Origin: Camelus ferus
Taxonomy: Eukaryota
NCBI RefSeq assembly: GCF_009834535.1
Contig: NC_045696.1
Span: forward strand, 78,432,001-78,496,000
Length of the DNA: 64,000 nt
Direction of reading: 5' to 3'
Shown: one piece after another, positions 12,064 to 23,789 of the stretch
How the letters are laid out: each line of letters begins with the position of its first letter
Position numbering within the stretch: position 1 is the stretch's first letter
Program-made: the position numbers and the translations under genes
Notes under the pieces: generated by a model
The model's input: only the letters and a program-made list of their open reading frames with translations
What the model was told of the DNA's origin: nothing
Databases searched by the model: none

Positions 12064-12485
12064 CTGTAAATAGAACAAGAAAAAGTATTAAATAATTTTG
12101 ATGATAGAGAGAGAGGGACAAAAATTGAGTTGCCAGTGGAAAGCAAAACAAAATGAGTCCACCTTGTATATCCTTCCACCATGCACACCATCAATTTTCT
12201 CCCCAGACCCTCCGTGTGCCCACAGTGATACTGTGGTTGAGCATCTGAGAACAAGATACACCGTCCACACCTCCCTGCCTTTGCACCTACATTTCCCTGT
12301 CCTGAAGATGCACCAATACATACCACAGATAAATATATCCATGATACACGATATACCACGGATCGCTCAAGACGCAAATCAGCCCAGAGATCACTCCTCT
12401 GAGCCACTTTTCCCTGGCAACCCTGACCCCAGCACCTGTCTGGGGCTACATGTTCCTCTCACAGTGATGCAGTTCATCTGCAGGC

Positions 12486-12872
12486 AGAGGTTACAAATGT
12501 GAGTGCAGGAGTCAGATCAGCCCTGGCAGACTTTATATTTGGCCAGAAGGTGTTGTTTTCATTTTAAACTGGTCCGATTTTTTTATATTATGTGATTTAC
12601 CATAAAGTTCCAGATTTCCAGCTTTGCTGGAGAAGAAAAAAAGATCTGCCACGTTTTCACATGGCCAAAGTCGTTTGGAGCAGAGCAGCACCTGTGAAAT
12701 AGGCAGGCGCTGTCAGGTCAACCACCCTCCCTCGTCTCCCCACTCTGGGTCTATCAGCTTTCACTTAGTATTATATTTATAGAGTACGTGTGTGCGTGCA
12801 TGCACATGTTCCCGTTGTTGTCACAGAGAGCTATTTGTTTGTGCCTAGCCCACTCATCTTATTTTTGCCATC
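12486..12872 (+). mobile_element. hAT-Charlie MER102-like element inserted in an L2 fragment
   Basis: cagaggttacaaat..ccagatttccagctt..aagatctgcca..tttgcca; L2-like flanks (cctccctgcctttgcac). Confidence 0.65.
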
Positions 12873-13209
12873 CTAGCCTGTAAATTATTTGACTTTGATA
12901 CCCACCAGGCTATGGGAACATGAACATCTCAAAAAATTTAAATACATACATCATTTATTCTTACCATTATTTTTATTATTGAAGCTAATTTTAACCATGA
13001 CTTCTTCATTACCTCACTTCAAGCTCATTTTCATTGCAACTAAAAATACCTATTTATCCCCTCCCCAGCCGTTCTCCTTCTGTTTAATGTGTTAAACTTG
13101 TAATGACCAAAATAGAGGCTGTCAGAAGGTAAAGCGATTGATAATTCTCAATCTGGTTAATTAATCCGTATATAAAGAAGTTAGTTTAAACAATGTCCCA
13201 TGTTCTTAC

Positions 13210-13448
13210 CTTGCTTCCAGATAACTGGCTCCCTGCCCAGGACTGAACACAGAAGGCCCAGCAAAGCACCAGAAGTTCTACCATAAGCTTCTGGAATCAG
13301 CTGACAACCACATGGTCCTCTGGGAAGTCAGAACTCTGTATAATTGCCTGAAACTCCTCCAGGCCTAACTAGGCTTGATTTCTGTGACTAGTGGTTCATT
13401 TGCTCAATCTGTCTGATGGCTCACCAGGGAAAAACAGGCTTTTCATCA
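13210..13448 (-). pseudogene. PCNX-like exon remnant, module 1
   Basis: tttctcattttaccag / gtaaga. GLEEFQAIIQSSDFPEDHVVVS*FQKLMVELLVLCWAFCVQ versus PCNX4 SSLFPEDW and PCNX1 [12 protein letters not shown]. Confidence 0.75.
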
Positions 13449-13559
13449 CTGGTAAAATGAGAAACATTACATTAAAAAAAAAAAAAGAATCAAACTTTCT
13501 CCAGTATCTGTGAAAGGTACAGAAGAGAGCATGTATTTCTGTTTAAATACTGATAAAAA

Positions 13560-13800
13560 GAATAGTGAACATTACCTGATCATCTATTCTATGCCAAGGT
13601 CTGAGCCTACATATTTTTTCATTACATTGCCCAATCTTGAGCGAGGTGATGTTATTCGTATTCTTATACATGAGGGACCTGAATCTTCAAGTAAAGGTGA
13701 AACACAGTGCCTGATATAATAGGATTAGTAACTTGAAAGTCTGGGATGTATACCTATGTACGTTTGATGCCACTCGTGTATTGATTTTACTAATCTATGC
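13560..13800 (-). mobile_element. MIR SINE
   Basis: tattctatgccaagg..gttattcgtattcttatacatgagggacctga. Confidence 0.55.
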
Positions 13801-14029
13801 TGTGTCTTCGCCCAAGCATTCAAATCTACTCATTCCCAGCCTTCTTAGGGGAGAGAAGTCTTAGTTAATGAGCCAATGGGCCATAAATCAGTAGTTGATG
13901 AGAAATCTGCAAAGCATAACCACACTGAAAAGCACCACCACACTGAAAAGCACCTGAGGTTGTTTACCTGGGGAAGAGAAGAAAAAAGACCTAACTGCTG
14001 TTTCTGAATATTTGAAGGATGAATCAGTT

Positions 14030-15243
14030 ATTTGGGGCCTTCAACTCCATGCAATTTGTAAAAGAAGAGCTTTCTATGAAAATTAATACCAAATTATAAA
14101 TGCGTAATTAGTTTTTAAAGTGAATATTTAGAATGACCAAAAATCTCAAATTTTTAAAGTGTGAACATATACCACATTTACTTAAAAACCCAGAAATAAT
14201 ATATTATTTTTATTAATTAATTGCATGGCACACATTTATAATACTCTTTTCCCTACAATTTTTGCTTCTTATTCCTGATTACCTCTTTAATCACTCTTTG
14301 GCGATGATTTTGTAATATTTTCTACTGAGAGAATAGAGAGATAATTCGTTTTTCTTGGCATGGTTGATTGAAATTTAGTTTTTTATTAATGATATCTTAG
14401 AAAGGTTTCTGTCAGTTTCACAAGTCATTATTGAAAATACCATATAAATGTTTAAGTTTGTTAGCAAATTAGGGAAAACCTCTGTCAAGTTTCTTTGGTT
14501 TATGAGCTGTCACAGATGTACTCAGTGTTCATAATACTGCAACAGTTTTATACGCTACAACCACAAGAATCCAGAGGAATTCTATTTTGTGTAATTCCCA
14601 TAGAAAACAAAAGATTATATATGGCATTTATAACTGTATATAATTCATTATAGACTATATTCCTGAGATCAGAAAATGTAGCTAGAGAAGCTTCCACTTA
14701 ATTTTACACACCTAACGATTGGAGAAATTTTGATCAACTAGCTTCTGACTCCATACAAACATCCACTACCCACATACTTCTGGTGTGAGGCATCTTAGGA
14801 CATATTCATATTACGGTAGGGCCTCTGGCCAAAGAATAACACCTTTGTGTTCTAGCAGAGTGAGCTGTAGCAATTGTCCAAAAATCTCCCTATGCATTAG
14901 AATGGATAGCAATAAATTAAATATACATGAAAATTCCTGAGAGCCCTATAAACATATTGCCCTAAACCAAACTAAGTGCATTCTCAACTGGAGCTCCCTA
15001 TAATCAGATCTCAGACTGTTCTAGCTGCTCCAACACCGCCTAATATGAGGGGAAATACAATGCAGGAGATGTTGGAGGGGAAAGAGAGGTGTCCTGATTG
15101 ACTGTGGTTAAGGTATCTTATTTTTTGCTAATCTATGACCTTCAGAACTATTTCTGGGGCCCCTTCCAGGATTTTGGAAGTCATTCATGCACATGAAGGG
15201 CTTGAAGCTAAAGTTGATTGACTTCACAGTAAATCTATCTCTG
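14030..15243. mobile_element. hAT-Tip100 DNA transposon remnant (Zaphod/MER115-like) splitting an L3/CR1 fragment
   Basis: Terminus gggcttgaagctaaagttgattgacttcacagtaaatctatctctg; L3-like text at about 13950-14010 and 15330-15480. Confidence 0.6.
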
Positions 15244-15759
15244 TTGGAGGGTTATTTTATAGATGAGGGACACCTGTGTTTTGTGCTTTTCTGTAGCGCA
15301 TGGGACTGCATTGTTTGGGACAAAAATTATAGGGGAGAGCTTTCTGGTTCAGTTTTAGAAAGAAATTTGTAATGAAGAGAGGTGTCCAACAGCATAAGGG
15401 GCTGCGTCAAAAAGTTGTGAACCCCTGTTGCTGAGAGTAGTTGAACAGAAAAGCTCTATGATATCAAGAAGAGACATGTTCTGAATGAGAAGTCAGGCCT
15501 GGAATACGTGAGTGAGTCTTACAATGCTGTCACTGTGATCTTTAGTTTTGACATATTAGCTCCTCTTTGCTCATTGTTTATAAAACTTGGGGTTAAAAAT
15601 AAAGCTAGGACTAGGAATAAATGTCTAGTAGAATAGAAATAGTTATTCAAAGAAATTCAAAGTCTTATATTGAATTGTATTATTTTTTCTCTTTAATTCA
15701 ATGGCTCCTTTAAATAAAAAGAAACAAAGACACAAAAATAGAAAAAGAAGACTTTTTAC

Positions 15760-16090
15760 AAAAAAACCCTTAAAAGCAGATGGGGATGGGACTGATAAGT
15801 TTGAAGTGAGGAGTAGAAGGCTGAGTCCCCTCCTCTTCCCTGTCATCCTGCAGGGACCCTCTTGGACTCCACCAGAACTTAGAATTTAGTTTCCTGAAAG
15901 TCAGTGGCTTATTTGTCACAGACCAACTGCCTCCTCGTGAATCTTTTACTATCCATGTGAATTTCTGTATGTGAAGCATGTTTGTAGTCAACCTTAAAGC
16001 AAAGGGACTTTCGTGAAAGATCTCACCAGGGTTTCTTAAATTGGGGCGCACACTCCAGGTCTGACAGGTCAAGGGAGGAAGTAACAGGAC
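15760..16090 (-). pseudogene. Probable linker exon remnant
   Basis: Strong acceptor cccctttatcttgcag followed by more than 100 open codons in phase 0 (VLLLPPLTCQTW..). Donor and true frame uncertain. Confidence 0.4.
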
Positions 16091-16249
16091 CTGCAAGATA
16101 AAGGGGGCATGGCTTCCTAGCACATCTGTTTTACTTGACGTTAAGTATATGCTATTTTGATATTCAGATAAATACAACAACAAATACAACGTAATATATA
16201 CAGAATTTTTTAAGCTCAAATACATAACTTTGAAAATAATTCTAGCTAC

Positions 16250-16460
16250 CAGAGGCAGTTGCTGTTAGGACGCCTGGGCCATCACAGAGATACGTGTTTC
16301 ATTCATGTCTGAAGTTAGGGGTATTTTAGGGAGAAGCCCTGCATTAAGCTACTAGGTTCAGAACTGGGCTGGAAAGCTTGAGATATGGCTCCTGTCGCTG
16401 CCCCAGGAATGTCTGACCATCTTAAAGTCAGAGGAAATGGCATCTGTCCTCTGTATCTGG
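16250..16460 (-). pseudogene. Probable linker exon remnant
   Basis: Strong acceptor tttttatctttgtag. Unique, GC-richer sequence with frame RYRGQMPFPLTLRWSDIPGAATG..; no motif match. Confidence 0.4.
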
Positions 16461-16589
16461 CTACAAAGATAAAAATCAATCCAAGTGATTTGTATTAAAC
16501 AACTTCAGAGTTCTTGGCATTTCAAAGGACACTATGGGGTAAAGACGTATAACACAGCGTACAGTCTGTGTCCTTTAAGAGCCTGCAAC

Positions 16590-16899
16590 CTGATACTGAC
16601 AACAGAGACCAACCAATGACTAATCCGAAATGGTTCTCAGATGAAGGAAACCCAGGGAGCTTCATTTTTGAAGAGCAAGATGCAGTCCCGAAACTTTCTG
16701 GGAAATAAAGTTACTATAGAAATATATGGAACTGTTTTATTACTGCTAGTGAGAATGGAGCTACCCGAAATCTGAAGCAAATGTTTCCTGATAAGACTAT
16801 TTTTAAAAGATAAACATGCATGAGAGCTAGAAAATAATTCTAAAAGGCTGATTGACACTGGAGGTAAACTGGGGGTTTATAAGAAGCTAAAACCTCTTC
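16590..16899 (-). pseudogene. PCNX-like exon remnant, module 1
   Basis: Acceptor ttttcattttacag. PVSISLLELFSSSHACLSFKNSLIRKHLLQISGSSI versus PCNX1 MLSFNAAF..LEGYSI. Paralogous to the 7437-7783 exon. Confidence 0.7.
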
Positions 16900-16993
16900 C
16901 TGTAAAATGAAAATCCTACATGCATTACTCTAAGGAAGGTGATAAAACATTTCTAATCTTCCTTTGGAAAGTATTTGTTTTTAATTGTGTTAC

Positions 16994-17096
16994 TATGTGT
17001 TCATATCAATTTTTACGAAATTTCAAGAGCTTTTGATAAGAATCACATTATCATATTTTCATATAAGGTGTTTGTAGGAATATTGTGTTGAGTACC
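16994..17096 (-). pseudogene. PCNX-like exon remnant, module 1
   Basis: Acceptor ttattttgttatag, donor gtaaca. Frameshifted HLI*KYDNVILIK~ALE~NFVKIDMNT, weakly like PCNX4 IMILECGYTYCSINIK. Confidence 0.5.
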
Positions 17097-17280
17097 CTAT
17101 AACAAAATAACCAAGTAATTCTAAGACTTATTAAGATTGTAGGTAATTTTGTCATTTTATTTGATTCCTGTGGATTATCCAGTCACTCAATTTGTTTCCT
17201 TTTTTTTCCCAGATGTCTGTTTCCTATCTCTAATACTCCTACTAAAGGAAATTTTAAAAAAAAGCTAAAGTCAAATTTAT

Positions 17281-17527
17281 CAGCTTTAAGTTGGTGTTTT
17301 GTAAAATGCCCAGTGACTAAAAGCATGGACTAAAATAAGATCACCACATTTTGCATCATCCATGATAGTTTTCTCCTCAAATATATCAAAAGCCCTGGGA
17401 TATTCGATGTGTGGTTTGCTCCCAGGTCCGCTAATACCCCAAGGCCTGTGGCTTAGGCACATCAATGCACTGCTGATCACTGGGCCGGTTTTAGAAAAAG
17501 TCCAGTGCTGGTTTGCGACAACAAATA
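17281..17527 (-). pseudogene. PCNX-like exon remnant (end of TM region, start of cytoplasmic module 1)
   Basis: Acceptor cattttatag, phase 1. FSKTGPVISSALMCLSHRP..AFYKTPT*S versus PCNX1 [30 protein letters not shown]. The donor appears mutated (ataaat). Confidence 0.75.
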
Positions 17528-17604
17528 CTATAAAATGTAAGCAAACGGCTGTTAGGGCTGAGAGAAAAGCAGCTTGAATAAGACAAAATCAGGAAGGTTC
17601 TAAT

Positions 17605-18115
17605 AAATAGTGGTTAAAAACAGGAGTTTGGAAATCCAACATAACTGAATTAGAAATCAAATTCTGCTGCTTGGGTTACCACAGCATGACCTTGGGCAAA
17701 TTTTCTGTGAGTCTCAATGTCCTCCTCGGTGACACCATATCTCAGATTATTAAAGGAATAATTGGGTGTGTGTGTGTGAATATAATATTCCGAAGAGAAT
17801 AATACTACATGTAACTGTTTTCACATGTGTGTATGTATCTATAGGAAAAAAATTTGGAACTGAAAGTTCTGGCTAAAAATATATACGCACTTGTATTTTT
17901 GGTAAGCTTGGCCAAATTGCCTTCCATTCAGGTTATAGCAATTTATACCCCTACCATCAATGTATAAAAGTATTTATTTCCCCATACTTTTGCCAACATA
18001 GGTATCACACATTTTAAGATATTTGTTAACCTTATAGGCAGAAAAGATGTCTTTCTGAGATTTAATTTGTACTTCTCTAATTAAAAGTGAAGTTGGTCAT
18101 CTTTTAATATAGCCA
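17605..18115. mobile_element. MIR (+) followed by an old L1 fragment (-)
   Basis: gtggttaaaaacaggagtttggaa..tgaccttgggcaa; ccaaattgccttcca..gcaatttataccc. Confidence 0.65.
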
Positions 18116-18304
18116 ACATATATATGTACATATTTGGAGAGAGAGAATATCTATCTATCTATCTATCTAATCACTGAGGTGCTTGTTGTATGTCATACCA
18201 TCTAAAGACATTTAATCACAGTCCACAGCCATATATCTTGCCAATGAACAGGAAAATTAATAGGCCCAAATTTTTAAAATAATTTACAGGTCTAAATGTC
18301 TGCT

Positions 18305-18500
18305 TTGCATTTGAATGCTGAATTATATCTCCCTCAAAAACCATATGTTGAAGTCCTAACCCTCAGTACCTCAGAATATGACCACATCTGGAGACTGGGT
18401 CTTTACAAAGGTAAGTAAGTTAAAATGAGTTCATTAATGTGGGCCCTAATCCAACACAATTGATGTCCTTATAAGAAGAGTAAATTTGGACACAGACTTT
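18305..18500 (+). mobile_element. MLT1A/B LTR 5' fragment
   Basis: atatgttgaagtcctaaccctcagtacctcagaatatgacc. Confidence 0.75.
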
Positions 18501-18799
18501 CTTTCTAGATGAAGAATTGAAGCACAAATTATTAAATAGTGTCACCAGGGCAAATTCAGTGGTTAATGGCTGAGCCCGGACTAAAATCAGCCAAGTTTTT
18601 CTCTCTTCAGCTCTAGTGCTGACTTTAATATGACGACTGGGTTCAAAACCACTGTTAGAGAACTTAGGGAATTTTTCCTACTATAGTGTTTTAAAGGTAA
18701 CAGAAAATATTCTGGAAAAAATTCTCATTCTTTGGAAATTTTCTAAAAGATTGAAAAATATAACCATAAAACCACCTTTTACATGAGTGGTAAATAGAT

Positions 18800-19188
18800 T
18801 CTTTGGACTGAATTATGTCCCCTCAAAAAATTCATGTTGAAGTTCTAACCAGTATCTCAGAATGTGACCTGACTTGGAGATAGGGTCTTTCTTTACAGAA
18901 GTGTTTATGTTAAAATGGGCCAAATCCAATATGACTCGTATTCTTATAAAAAGAGGAGATTTGGACATAGACACAGACTGAGGGAAGACCAGGTGAAGAC
19001 ACAGGGAGAACACGGCCACCTGCAAGCCAAAGAGAGAGGCCTGGAACAGATCTTTCCCTCATGGTCCTCAGAAGGAACCAGCCCTGCTGATCCTCTTGGT
19101 CTGAGACTTCTAGCCTCCAGAACTTGAGAAAAGCACTTTCTGTCGTAGTCTAAGGTACTTTGTTACAGCTGCCCTAGCAAGTTAATAC
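18800..19188 (+). mobile_element. MLT1A/B LTR
   Basis: ggactgaattatgtcccc..aagccaaagagagaggcc..ccctagcaagttaataca. Confidence 0.85.
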
Positions 19189-19459
19189 ATTGCCTAAACT
19201 GACATCCTTGCTGAATGGACAGCCACTTACTTCTGCAAACAGCTGAGCCCAAGGATGTTCTAAAATGTGGGTCAAAACTCTTAAAATAGTTTGGTTCCCC
19301 TCCCGCACAAGCCAAAGAAAACTCAATTTTGTATTTTCTATCTCCTAACGACAAATCGTATGAAACATATTCAACACGTGGTAGAAATACATCTTACGAA
19401 ATGTCATAGGGCATGTCTGACTCTTTTTCATCTTGGATAATTATTGAAGCTGGAATTAC

Positions 19460-19642
19460 CACACATTTGTCTAAGGCATAAAAATTTTTTTGAACAATGT
19501 ACCCATAGACCACCTCTTTGTGAGAAATATAGCTTTGCAGTCAAAATTCCAGGATGAATAAATTGCAAAATATACTCTAAGTAATGGAAAGAGTTGACCT
19601 GATGTATAATTATATGTAAGCCAATTACATTTTGGAAGATAG
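19460..19642 (-). pseudogene. PCNX-like exon remnant (still fully open, 183 bp, phase 1-1)
   Basis: tttttggcag / gtaatt. IFQNVIGLHIIIHQVNSFHYLEYILQFIHPGILT.. carries the pecanex (K)LQF motif. Confidence 0.7.
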
Positions 19643-20116
19643 CTGCCAAAAATTACTTTTGTTTCAGAATAATTGATGTTAAAGAATTATTACTAATAGT
19701 AGTAGTTAAACTGGACATGATTATTAGCATAATTCCTAGACACACACACATATAAATTATATCATCAGAGTATAGGAGGACACATTTTTGTATATTTTGT
19801 GTATTTGTGGAAGATGAAAATATCCTTAATAAGGTTCATTTTGAATCCCCCAAATGAACTTGCTGAAATTGTCACCCAAATAGAATCAAAATCCACAAAC
19901 GAACACAAGACTCAAGTTCTAATCGAAGTGCTGGTAACGCCCCTTCAAATAACTTTAAATGACCTTATGCTGTCTTGGGACTTCTGGAATCAATATAAAA
20001 CCCTAGCATCCTTTCATCTCACTTCACAAAATGGCCCTTAATTGTTCCACTAAGTTGGCCTAAAGAAGATAAACTTGTAGGATCCCATACATAAAAATCA
20101 TGCACAAGATACTCAC

Positions 20117-20285
20117 TTAAATATTTACCCAGACTGATAGTTTTCAGCCTTTCCTCTGTGCCCACAACATTCACATTGTGATTAAACTTCCATGAGAAAT
20201 AGCTCTCATTACAATGCAGTACAATGGGGTGGGGATGGCAGAGAAGGGCAAAGGTCATGCTTTCCCTATATTAGACACTAAATAT
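20117..20285 (-). pseudogene. PCNX-like exon remnant
   Basis: Acceptor tttcttcaacag. IFSV*YRESMTFALL..EERLKTISL. Phase-1 donors gtaaat (after 20129) or gtgagt (after 20117) match the next exon. Confidence 0.65.
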
Positions 20286-20698
20286 CTGTTGAAGAAATAT
20301 TTAATACTATATACTTACATAAAACTCTGAGAACTTAATATATGTTGTTTTCTACTTTAACCATTTTAAAAGCAAAAGGGTTAGTAACTATGGAGATAGG
20401 AATGTTACCTGGCTGGTAGTAATATCTGTACAGATAAGACTCAGGAAAATATGATTCAGGAAAATAAGTAGTTTTATAAAATTGGTAGAGAAGTCCAAGA
20501 AATGTCAACTAACTTATATACTACTTAAAATATTATCTATTTACCCTCTTTAATTGTTATGCTAATATAAAATGTCAATCTATTTTCCAGTGCTTCTTTT
20601 CTAAGTTATGTATCATGTCACTTACTTGAATATGATGCTGTGAAAATATTTTGTATAAATTGACTCATTGTAAAGACTTGACTGAAAATTCTTGGGAC

Positions 20699-21014
20699 CT
20701 CTATAAGCATTCGGTCACTATAGAAAGGTGAACATTCAAAGCATTTTATTGTGCTATTATAAAGTGAAATTGGTAGAATCTGAAAATATTAATAATTCAA
20801 AGATAGAGCCCTAGGTTTTTGCCATATTATTTTAGGTTACATCCTAGTGTGCTGGACAGAAATTTCATTGTCTATATACATAAATTTTGCTACTTTCACA
20901 CAGTAGAAGCTGCTGCTACTATATTGTAACAACCAAAAGGAAAACTATAGTCCAGGACATTTTTAATGCAAATGGAGAATACAGATATATCCCTAGTACC
21001 ATTTCCATATCTGA
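20699..21014 (-). pseudogene. PCNX-like exon remnant (TM region)
   Basis: SDMEMVLGIYLYSPFALKMSWTIVFLLVVTI**QQLLLCESSKIYVYRQ*NFCP..KNLGLYL*II versus PCNX4 [30 protein letters not shown]. Many stops; weak donor. Confidence 0.6.
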
Positions 21015-21544
21015 CTACATATTATATTGCTCATTTTGATTTCCTACCTGCTTCAAGTTTACAATATTGATTTTAGTCAGCTTTTAAAAATTACCTCCAT
21101 GCAAAATATTTATTTACTTATTCAACACTCATTCAACTTTTCAAAATTACTGGGGCCCCATGAGGTAAATGTGCAGTTGAAAAAAACAAAATAAGAGACA
21201 TAATTGGTCAACATATATGAGCAAAGGTTTACAGACAGCTGTGGTTGTATAAATTATACTTTTTTAAAAATCTTTTTAAAAATTTTTAAAATTTTTTAAT
21301 TTATCTTATAAATTATACTTTTAAATATCATTTTAAAAACTCATAACACACAAGCTGAAGGTCTCAAAGTATAGATGGATTACATAAACACAAATACATA
21401 AAAACACACATACACAAACACAGACACCCCCATATCACCACCACCACACACAACATTTTTTACTTTTTTTTAATGAATATAATTTTTGAAAGTAGATTAT
21501 TAAAGCTTTCTCTAAAGCAAATCCTGGTTTTCCATCATCTTCCA

Positions 21545-21817
21545 TTAAATAACTAGAGACGCTTCTTTATAGGAGAAAATAATCCACCAAGTGGAAATGT
21601 GTAATGATAAAGGTATCAAAAGTGATAGCCAGATTTCTGAAAGGCTGGGAGCTTCAGCAAGCTTAACTAATTTACCATGCCTCTTCAAAAAGGGGAGGTG
21701 TTCTAGTGACTTTCTTTTGCAGCATTTTCTCAATTCTATGATGCAATATTTATTGAATACAATATCTGGCTCACTTATTTTCATAAATGGAGGTATCCTA
21801 AAAATTTTTGAAGTCTG
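21545..21817 (-). pseudogene. Probable PCNX-like exon remnant
   Basis: Acceptor tattttctag then a long open frame QTSKIFRIPPFMKISEP..LSEIWLSLLIPLSLHISTWWIIF with a hydrophobic segment. Donor uncertain (gtaaat near 21675, or further 3'). Confidence 0.45.
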
Positions 21818-22702
21818 CTAGAAAATAGTTTTCGACTTCTTTTTGTCTTTTCTTTAATTTGACCATTTGTGTCTCTGCATATTATATTAGCAGAACTGAA
21901 TAGCCACATAACACCTTCCAAGAACATTTCAAGTCAGATTCAGCGAAGTCTTGTTTAATGATTTTTTTGACCTCTAACTTTTATATCATGAAGAATGAAT
22001 TCATATTCTATTTTGTTATTTCATATATGTTAACTCCTCTAATGAATTTATGTTAAATGTTAACTGTACATTGGAATTATAATTTGTATTTTTTTATTAA
22101 TCCTTAGAAAATTCAAAACATCAAATTATTTGTTTTCCATTAATGTTTCCACATTCTAAAAAAGAACCCTGCACATTTCATGTAAATCTGTTTTTTTCTT
22201 TTAATTGAAGTATAGTCATTTCTTTTTAAGGATTATGCACCAATACAAAAATTCAGAAGGCAGGTATTTTTAGTGGACAAATATAAAATTCTATGCCTTG
22301 GAGGAAACCACATAGTAACTTAGTTTGGGCTTCATGTTAGTGATGAATTCCACTGCTGCTATTGTGTGTGCATGTGTGTATGTATAAAACAATGGAAATA
22401 AAAGAGATAAGCAAAGTATTATTTTTAACTTAAAGGCTACACAGAAATTTAACTCTCATTTCAGATTTATTTTAATTGAAGTTATCTTTATGAGAATGTT
22501 TCGAATCTCAGTAATTACCTACATAGTCTAGCTTAAAAGGAAACAAAAAGTAAGGCCCAATATTAAAAAAATTATATGCAAAAGAGAATGAGAAAAAGAA
22601 AGAAAGTTTTTATTGTTAAAATCTGTTCTGCTCATTTCTACTTGTAGTATTTGGACTATTTACATATAATTGCAAACTACAAATTCATGGAAAAAGACTT
22701 AC

Positions 22703-23069
22703 TGAAGTTATTAGCATGGCCACATGTAGCACAAGCAAATTATAAAAGAAAAATATATACAGTGAACAAGCAAAACAGAAGAATATTTTAACACAAATTA
22801 AATTCTGCATACAGTGAATGTCATATCTGATAAAATGGGGTGGCTATTATCCTTATGCTTTGACTCGGACACAGTTGAGTGCATTGTATGGGCAGAAACC
22901 AGAACCTATTACTAACAAATGTAAGTCTATCCAATAGAGTTATTAGTGTTCTTTCACTTCAGTGTGCAATTTCTGTATACGTTTTTGCTAACGAGAAGCA
23001 GAAGTTGAATATTTCAAAGGAAGACTATTATGGTATTCACGAAGGAAAAAAAGTAGGGTAGTAAAAATG
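22703..23069 (-). pseudogene. PCNX-like exon remnant (TM region)
   Basis: Acceptor tctcttatatcag, donor gtaagt. FLLPYFFSFVNTIIVFL*~..LYWIDLHLLVIGSG versus PCNX4 [14 protein letters not shown]. Several stops and a frameshift. Confidence 0.65.
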
Positions 23070-23789
23070 CTGATATAAGAGATAGGTTCTTATTCAATTA
23101 AAGGAGCACTTCATAAAGACCTAGTACATGAGCTAATAAAATTTCAAATCTTCTAATGGCTGAAACACTAAAACACACAAGCACATTCCTAACGAATGAA
23201 TTCTTAATGAAGAGTACTGTGTCCATACTCTGGACTTAGAACACTTAAGCTCAATTTCAAGTTTTTTGATTTATCTTGTGACTGAGTACAATCACCTAAT
23301 CACTTTTGTGTCTGTTCTCTAATCTATAATTGGAAATAATGATGCTTATCCTTCATTGTTTACCAAATGGCTATAGGAACACATAACATTGTCTGATCAT
23401 ATTATATATCTGAGAAAATATACTATACACTGTAACGCAGAATAAAAGGACTATGTAAGTTAGCTATACTTGAACCAGTAGGAAGATATTTAGATATATG
23501 TAGCTTGAAAAAAACTGGTATCTTTCTCAAAACTCTATCACCACACAAAAACCTAAGAAAGCAATGAAGTACAATGGAAAGTATAGGGTTCTGGAGTCAG
23601 ATAATCCTAGCTTTGAATCCCATTTTCAGGTAACTATTATCTGTGCAACTGGACAAATCTCAGTTTTGCTCTCTGAAAAATTGGGATACTAATATTTTTC
23701 ACACAGAATTTGCTGGATTGCTAAATCTGTGATCCATAATCAAGAAAATACTTGATTCTTTTGGAATCAGAAACAACTCTAATACTTCA

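Noticed and set aside
12006..12502. Overlapping 133-134 aa ORFs on both strands
   Set aside because: They lie largely in degenerate L2 sequence with no recognisable protein; only the short 12021-12063 piece may be exonic.
13210..13284. MVELLVLCWAFCVQSWAGSQLSGSK followed by a donor looked like a signal-peptide first exon
   Set aside because: It is better explained as the internal pecanex [10 protein letters not shown]-type motif; the frame extends upstream through FPED to an acceptor at 13448.
13919..13954. Short tandem duplication accacactgaaaagcacc x2
   Set aside because: An ordinary local slippage duplication, not an array.
21865..21975. Possible extra exon (LKCSWKVLCGYSVLLI)
   Set aside because: Splice sites are weak and the frame is ambiguous; not supportable without an ortholog.
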